Positions 59,896 to 64,000 of a DNA stretch of 64,000 nt are shown here, one piece after another. Within the stretch, counting starts at the first letter, position 1; each line of letters starts with the position of its first letter. Source of the stretch: an uncultured bacterium (GTDB taxonomy: Bacteria; Babelota; Babeliae; Babelales; JABCYS01); the NCBI GenBank assembly GCA_963705705.1, contig CAVPKK010000001.1:39421-103420 (forward strand). Reading direction: 5' to 3'. A program made the translations under genes and the position numbers. The notes below the pieces were generated by a model that was given only the letters and a program-made list of their open reading frames with translations, ran no database searches and was not told the DNA's origin.

Positions 59896-60837
59896 TTATG
59901 CGGAAAAGCTGCCTGAAAGAAATTTATTGAAAAAAAGATTGAGGCCCATTGGGCTGGCCCCATTTTTGAGATTGTGATCAAGTTGGTATAAAAAATCATG
60001 AGCGGCGGCTAGTTCAGGTGGTGTTACTTTACGCCAATCACGCTGCATGAATGAGAATGGCAATTTGGCGCTAATTTTTTTAGCTTCAAGATGTTGGCCG
60101 GCATTGCGGTATTGAATGTAAAAATGAGCTCGCCAGAGTTGTTCGCTCAAATAAACAATCCAAAACTGTTCATTGTATTGGGAACCAATACTTTCCCAGT
60201 GTTTCATGAATTCAGATTGCTGTTTGGCAAGTAGATGTTGGCTCAAAACGAATAAAGAGCTTTCTGGTTCATTGATATTTTTTAACCATGTAGCCGCGAA
60301 AGCTTCACTATTATTACCGAGTACCTGTTCATATGAAAGTAATAAGCAAGCCGTATTAAGTGTGGGTGCCTGTTGCATCAGGCGAACGAGTTGTGATACT
60401 TGCTTCATAGTTGGGAATAATAACTTTGCCAACTGCTCATAGGTAGCACGATCAATTTTTTCCGGTATTGGAATTTGGTTTATTTGGCTAGCATCAGTCT
60501 TTAATGGCTCATCGAGAAATATAGCCACCCGATGCGGGCCATTATAATTAGCCAACATATTTGCAACTGTTTTCTTATTCGCAGCAGAAAGAATTGATCC
60601 ATCGCCAAGCCAATAAAAAAGAGATTGATCAAGAAAGGCGGTGCCTAATTGTGCAGCAAATTCATTTGGTTCTGAGTCGGCAAGTGAGAGATATTGCACT
60701 TGAGTTTTCGCGCGCAGGGATGCTAGTAATTGGCCGAAGAATAACGAGGGATACGTCTCGCCATGAAAGACATAGACTGGCGAGGCGATGAAAAATTCGG
60801 GTTTGGTGGCTTGGTGAATGAAGGTTGTGAAATCCAT
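59896..60837 (-). CDS. holA: Probable DNA polymerase III delta subunit (divergent)
   Basis: N-terminal PVYVFHGE, SLF.L helix, C-terminal L..LD..LK.G; length 313 aa. Confidence 0.55.
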   Translation of the reverse strand: MDFTTFIHQATKPEFFIASPVYVFHGETYPSLFFGQLLASLRAKTQVQYLSLADSEPNEFAAQLGTAFLDQSLFYWLGDGSILSAANKKTVANMLANYNGPHRVAIFLDEPLKTDASQINQIPIPEKIDRATYEQLAKLLFPTMKQVSQLVRLMQQAPTLNTACLLLSYEQVLGNNSEAFAATWLKNINEPESSLFVLSQHLLAKQQSEFMKHWESIGSQYNEQFWIVYLSEQLWRAHFYIQYRNAGQHLEAKKISAKLPFSFMQRDWRKVTPPELAAAHDFLYQLDHNLKNGASPMGLNLFFNKFLSGSFSA

Positions 60838-60873
60838 GATGAATCTTTTAAGGATCGATCTTGTTTATCGAAA

Positions 60874-61599
60874 TTAAGTAGAAGAAAACTTCCTACACTC
60901 AGCAAACATATCTTTTACACCTTTGATTGCCAAGGATTTAATAGATTCAAACTGATCCCAGGTCATTGGCTTTCGTTCAGCACATCCTTGGATTTCCACG
61001 ATGGTGCCAGATTTGGTGAGGATTACATTAAAGTCAGCATCGATTTCACTATCTTCTTCATAATCTAAATCTAGTAAAACTGTTCCGTCAGTGATGCCAA
61101 CTGATACAGCAGCGAGTTCGTCGTTCATAATCGGGTGCTTTATGATGCCGCTAGTTAACCATTTTTGCTGCGCTGACATAAGCGCTAGTGAAGCAGCAGT
61201 AATGCAGGCTGTTCGTGTCCCGCCATCAGCTTGTAAAACATCGCAATCAATATAGATCGTTTGTTCGCCAATGTTTGCCAGATTTATTACTGAGCGTAGA
61301 CAACGGCCGATGAGGCGCGAAATTTCCATATTCCGGCCATTGCGTTTGCCGGTTGTTGATTCACGTGGTGTGCGTTCGTGTGTTGCTGAGGGGAGCATTG
61401 CATATTCGGCAGTCAACCATCCGGTTTTGCTGCCTTTAAGATGGGGAGGGACTCCGGACTGGACTGTTGCAGTACATATAACTCGAGTTTTACCTAGTTC
61501 GAGCAACACGGATCCTGATGCGTATTCCATTACGTTATAGGTAACGGAAATTGGTCTAAGCTGATCGTGTTGTCGCTGTCCAGTCCGGATTAATGTCAT
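60874..61599 (-). CDS. rph: Ribonuclease PH
   Basis: GWLTAEYAMLP.AT, EISRLIGR.LR, DCDVLQADGGTRTA, LDLDYEEDS, EIQG.AE; start set at ATG 61599 after GAGGT. Confidence 0.96.
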   Translation of the reverse strand: MTLIRTGQRQHDQLRPISVTYNVMEYASGSVLLELGKTRVICTATVQSGVPPHLKGSKTGWLTAEYAMLPSATHERTPRESTTGKRNGRNMEISRLIGRCLRSVINLANIGEQTIYIDCDVLQADGGTRTACITAASLALMSAQQKWLTSGIIKHPIMNDELAAVSVGITDGTVLLDLDYEEDSEIDADFNVILTKSGTIVEIQGCAERKPMTWDQFESIKSLAIKGVKDMFAECRKFSST

Positions 61600-61820
61600 T
61601 GTGAAAACCTCTCGCCTTGTAAATGGCACTTCACTTGCTTGGGATTTAAACCCAGACTCGTTACGTTGGTTTTCATAAAATTTATTTCATCATTTGGGTG
61701 GAGTAATTTATATAAGAAAAAATTAAATGCAACTTTTTTTATCTACCATGTTTTATTGGCAAAACAAAGTTCCATTTCTAGATTCAATAAACAGCAGAAG
61801 GATTAGATAACTAATTTGGA

Positions 61821-61840
61821 GGGGGCACGAATGTGCCCCC
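61821..61840. terminator. GC-rich hairpin downstream of pnp
   Basis: GGGGGCAC-GAAT-GTGCCCCC perfect stem; no clear T tract on the pnp strand. Confidence 0.5.
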
Positions 61841-61864
61841 ATATTATTTATAAGAAAAGCAAAA

Positions 61865-63946
61865 TTATGATAACAATTTCAAGCGGATGCGGCCGGTAGC
61901 TTCGTCATAGTCCATAACTTCAACTTTAACCGTTGAGTCGATAGGAAGCTCTTGCTCAATATTGTGATGACGCTCTTTTGGAACCATTGAAATATGTACG
62001 AGGCCATCAACGCCTGGGACAAGTTCAACGAATATACCAAAGTCGGCATATCGGCGAATTTTACCTTCCCAGATTGAGCCCTTTTCAATAATACCGCCGA
62101 GAGTTTTAACCCATTTAACAGCTTCATCAAGCTTAGGACCAGGATGCCCGAAAATTTTAACGGTACCATCATCCTCGATATCAATTTGCGCGCCAGTTTT
62201 TTCGATAATCTCGCGAATAACTTTTCCGCCAGTGCCAATGATAGCACCAATTTTATTGCTATTTACCTTGAAAGAAACAACCTGCGGTACAAGCTCAGAA
62301 AGTTGCTCGTTTGGCTTGCTTTGCACTTTGCGCATTTCGCCAAGAATGTATTGGCGAGCAGTTTTAGCTTGTGCAAGGGCAGCCTCAAAAATCGAACGTG
62401 CCAAACCTTCTTTGTGCTTAATATCCATCTGAATTGCTGTAATACCATCATCGGTTCCAGCAACCTTGAAGTCCATTAAGCCGAAGGCATCTTCGATGCC
62501 TGAGATATCGGTCAACGTTTGAAATGCTTTAGTTTTGCTATTTTGCAAAAGACCCATCGCGGTGCCACCAACCATTTTACGAAGAGGCACGCCGGCATTC
62601 ATCAAAGACATTGTTGAGCCGCATACGGTTGCCATAGAAGTTGAACCGTCAGACTCTAGAATGTCAGCTACGATACGGATGGTATAAGGGAATTTCTCTT
62701 GATCAGGAAGCATTGGCTTAACGGCCGATGCAGCTAAATAACCATGGCCAATTTCTCTACGGCCAGGACCACGTTGTGGACGCACTTCACCAGCCGAGAA
62801 TGGCGGGAAGTTGTAATGTAGCATGAAAGTCTTTTCGACTTCGCCCATCAGCTCATCAACACGTTGTTCGTCTTGGCCACCGCCTAAAGTAACACTTACG
62901 AGTGCTTGGGTACGACCGCGTTTGAAGCAAGCTGAACCATGGGTCATTGGTAGAATGCCAACTTCGTTACTAATTTGGCGAACTACATCAAACTTACGCT
63001 CATCAATACGATGGCCAAGGTCAAAGATAAGGTCGGTCAAACGAAGACGGAGCACATCGTCAAAGAGATATGAAATTGCGCTTTCGGTAACCTCACCAGC
63101 TTCAATCTTTTCCTTGTTCGCCTCGACAAATTCTTTGCTGAGCTGATCTATATATTCATCACGGGCAACTTTATCTTGAATGAAAGCACCGCGCGCTTTT
63201 TCGGGTGTAATAAACTTTTCAGTTTCGGCACGCCATTGGGCCCAAGGGAAATGTTCGAAACCTCCCTCTTTAGCAACACCTACTTCGGCACGAATTTTCT
63301 CTTGAAACTCTACCTGTTTCTTAATTAGCTCATGAGCCTTAAACATGACATCAAGAAAAGCGCTTTCGCTCATTTCATTTGCGCTGCCTTCAACCATGCA
63401 AATACCATCTTTGGTACCCGCAACCACGACGCGTGCATCTGATTGTTCAGTTTGCGGAAAGGTTGGATTGTAAATCCATTCACCATTAACGCGGGCTACT
63501 TCTACCATGCCTACAGGTTCGAGGAATGGGATTTTGGAAATGGTAAGGGCGAGAGATGTTCCCAAAAAGGCCAAGGCGCTTGGCATATGCTCTTTATCAA
63601 CAGAATAGACCGTAGATAAAGCCTGAAGCGAGTTAAAATAAGTAGCGGGGAACAATGGCCGGATTGCGCGGTCAATGAGACGGGAAGTTAATACTTCTTT
63701 ATCGGTAAACTTACCTTCGCGTTTAAAATAGCCGCCAGGTATTTTCCCTGCGGCTGAAAAGTATTCACGATAATCGACGGTAAGTGGCAAAAAGCCAGGA
63801 AATTCTTTTGACTTAGCAGATACTACAGTAGAAAGTACTACTGTGCCGCCCTGTTGGATCCATACGGCGCCGTCAGCTTGTTGAGCATATTTTCCTAGGG
63901 TTACTTCAATGCCAAGCTGCTCTAATTTGAAGGTTTTAATAGCCAT
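61865..63946 (-). CDS. pnp: Polyribonucleotide nucleotidyltransferase
   Basis: PLTVDYRE, AGKIPGGY.KRE, RLIDR.IRPLF, RREIGHG, DFKVAGT, KH and S1 domains; start set at ATG 63946. Confidence 0.98.
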   Translation of the reverse strand: MAIKTFKLEQLGIEVTLGKYAQQADGAVWIQQGGTVVLSTVVSAKSKEFPGFLPLTVDYREYFSAAGKIPGGYFKREGKFTDKEVLTSRLIDRAIRPLFPATYFNSLQALSTVYSVDKEHMPSALAFLGTSLALTISKIPFLEPVGMVEVARVNGEWIYNPTFPQTEQSDARVVVAGTKDGICMVEGSANEMSESAFLDVMFKAHELIKKQVEFQEKIRAEVGVAKEGGFEHFPWAQWRAETEKFITPEKARGAFIQDKVARDEYIDQLSKEFVEANKEKIEAGEVTESAISYLFDDVLRLRLTDLIFDLGHRIDERKFDVVRQISNEVGILPMTHGSACFKRGRTQALVSVTLGGGQDEQRVDELMGEVEKTFMLHYNFPPFSAGEVRPQRGPGRREIGHGYLAASAVKPMLPDQEKFPYTIRIVADILESDGSTSMATVCGSTMSLMNAGVPLRKMVGGTAMGLLQNSKTKAFQTLTDISGIEDAFGLMDFKVAGTDDGITAIQMDIKHKEGLARSIFEAALAQAKTARQYILGEMRKVQSKPNEQLSELVPQVVSFKVNSNKIGAIIGTGGKVIREIIEKTGAQIDIEDDGTVKIFGHPGPKLDEAVKWVKTLGGIIEKGSIWEGKIRRYADFGIFVELVPGVDGLVHISMVPKERHHNIEQELPIDSTVKVEVMDYDEATGRIRLKLLS

Positions 63947-64000
63947 TGTGTAAAAAATCTTTCGATGGGTTATACGTAACTGAACCAAGTAACAGGTAAA

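Overview
Bacterial chromosomal window with no rRNA, tRNA, CRISPR array or IS element that I could recognise. Housekeeping genes (hisS, pepP, recR, yidC, murI, murC, rplS, trmD, rpsP, ffh, hflX, uvrD/pcrA, trpS, glmM, holA-like, rph, pnp) alternate with blocks of orphan genes that nearly all start with Sec-type signal peptides. These include Sel1/TPR-like, LRR+ankyrin-like, serpin-like, alpha/beta-hydrolase, beta-helix and small Cys-rich proteins. This pattern suggests an intracellular symbiont or parasite of eukaryotes, possibly Candidatus Dependentiae/Babelota (TM6); the taxonomy is inferred, not tested. Main points of interest: (1) three secreted orphans end in eukaryotic CaaX prenylation boxes (CEIM, CAIM, CIIS); (2) a cdaA-cdaR-glmM operon whose CdaA-like protein lacks both catalytic motifs, followed by a second GlmM with a degenerate active site; (3) a ~10.6 kb array of divergent Sel1-like paralogs; (4) a short serpin-like protein and a pair of twin-CX6C miniproteins; (5) a short palindromic repeat found both between and inside genes; (6) a frameshifted rplS that the ORF track misses. 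All protein calls come from motif recognition by eye, without database searches.
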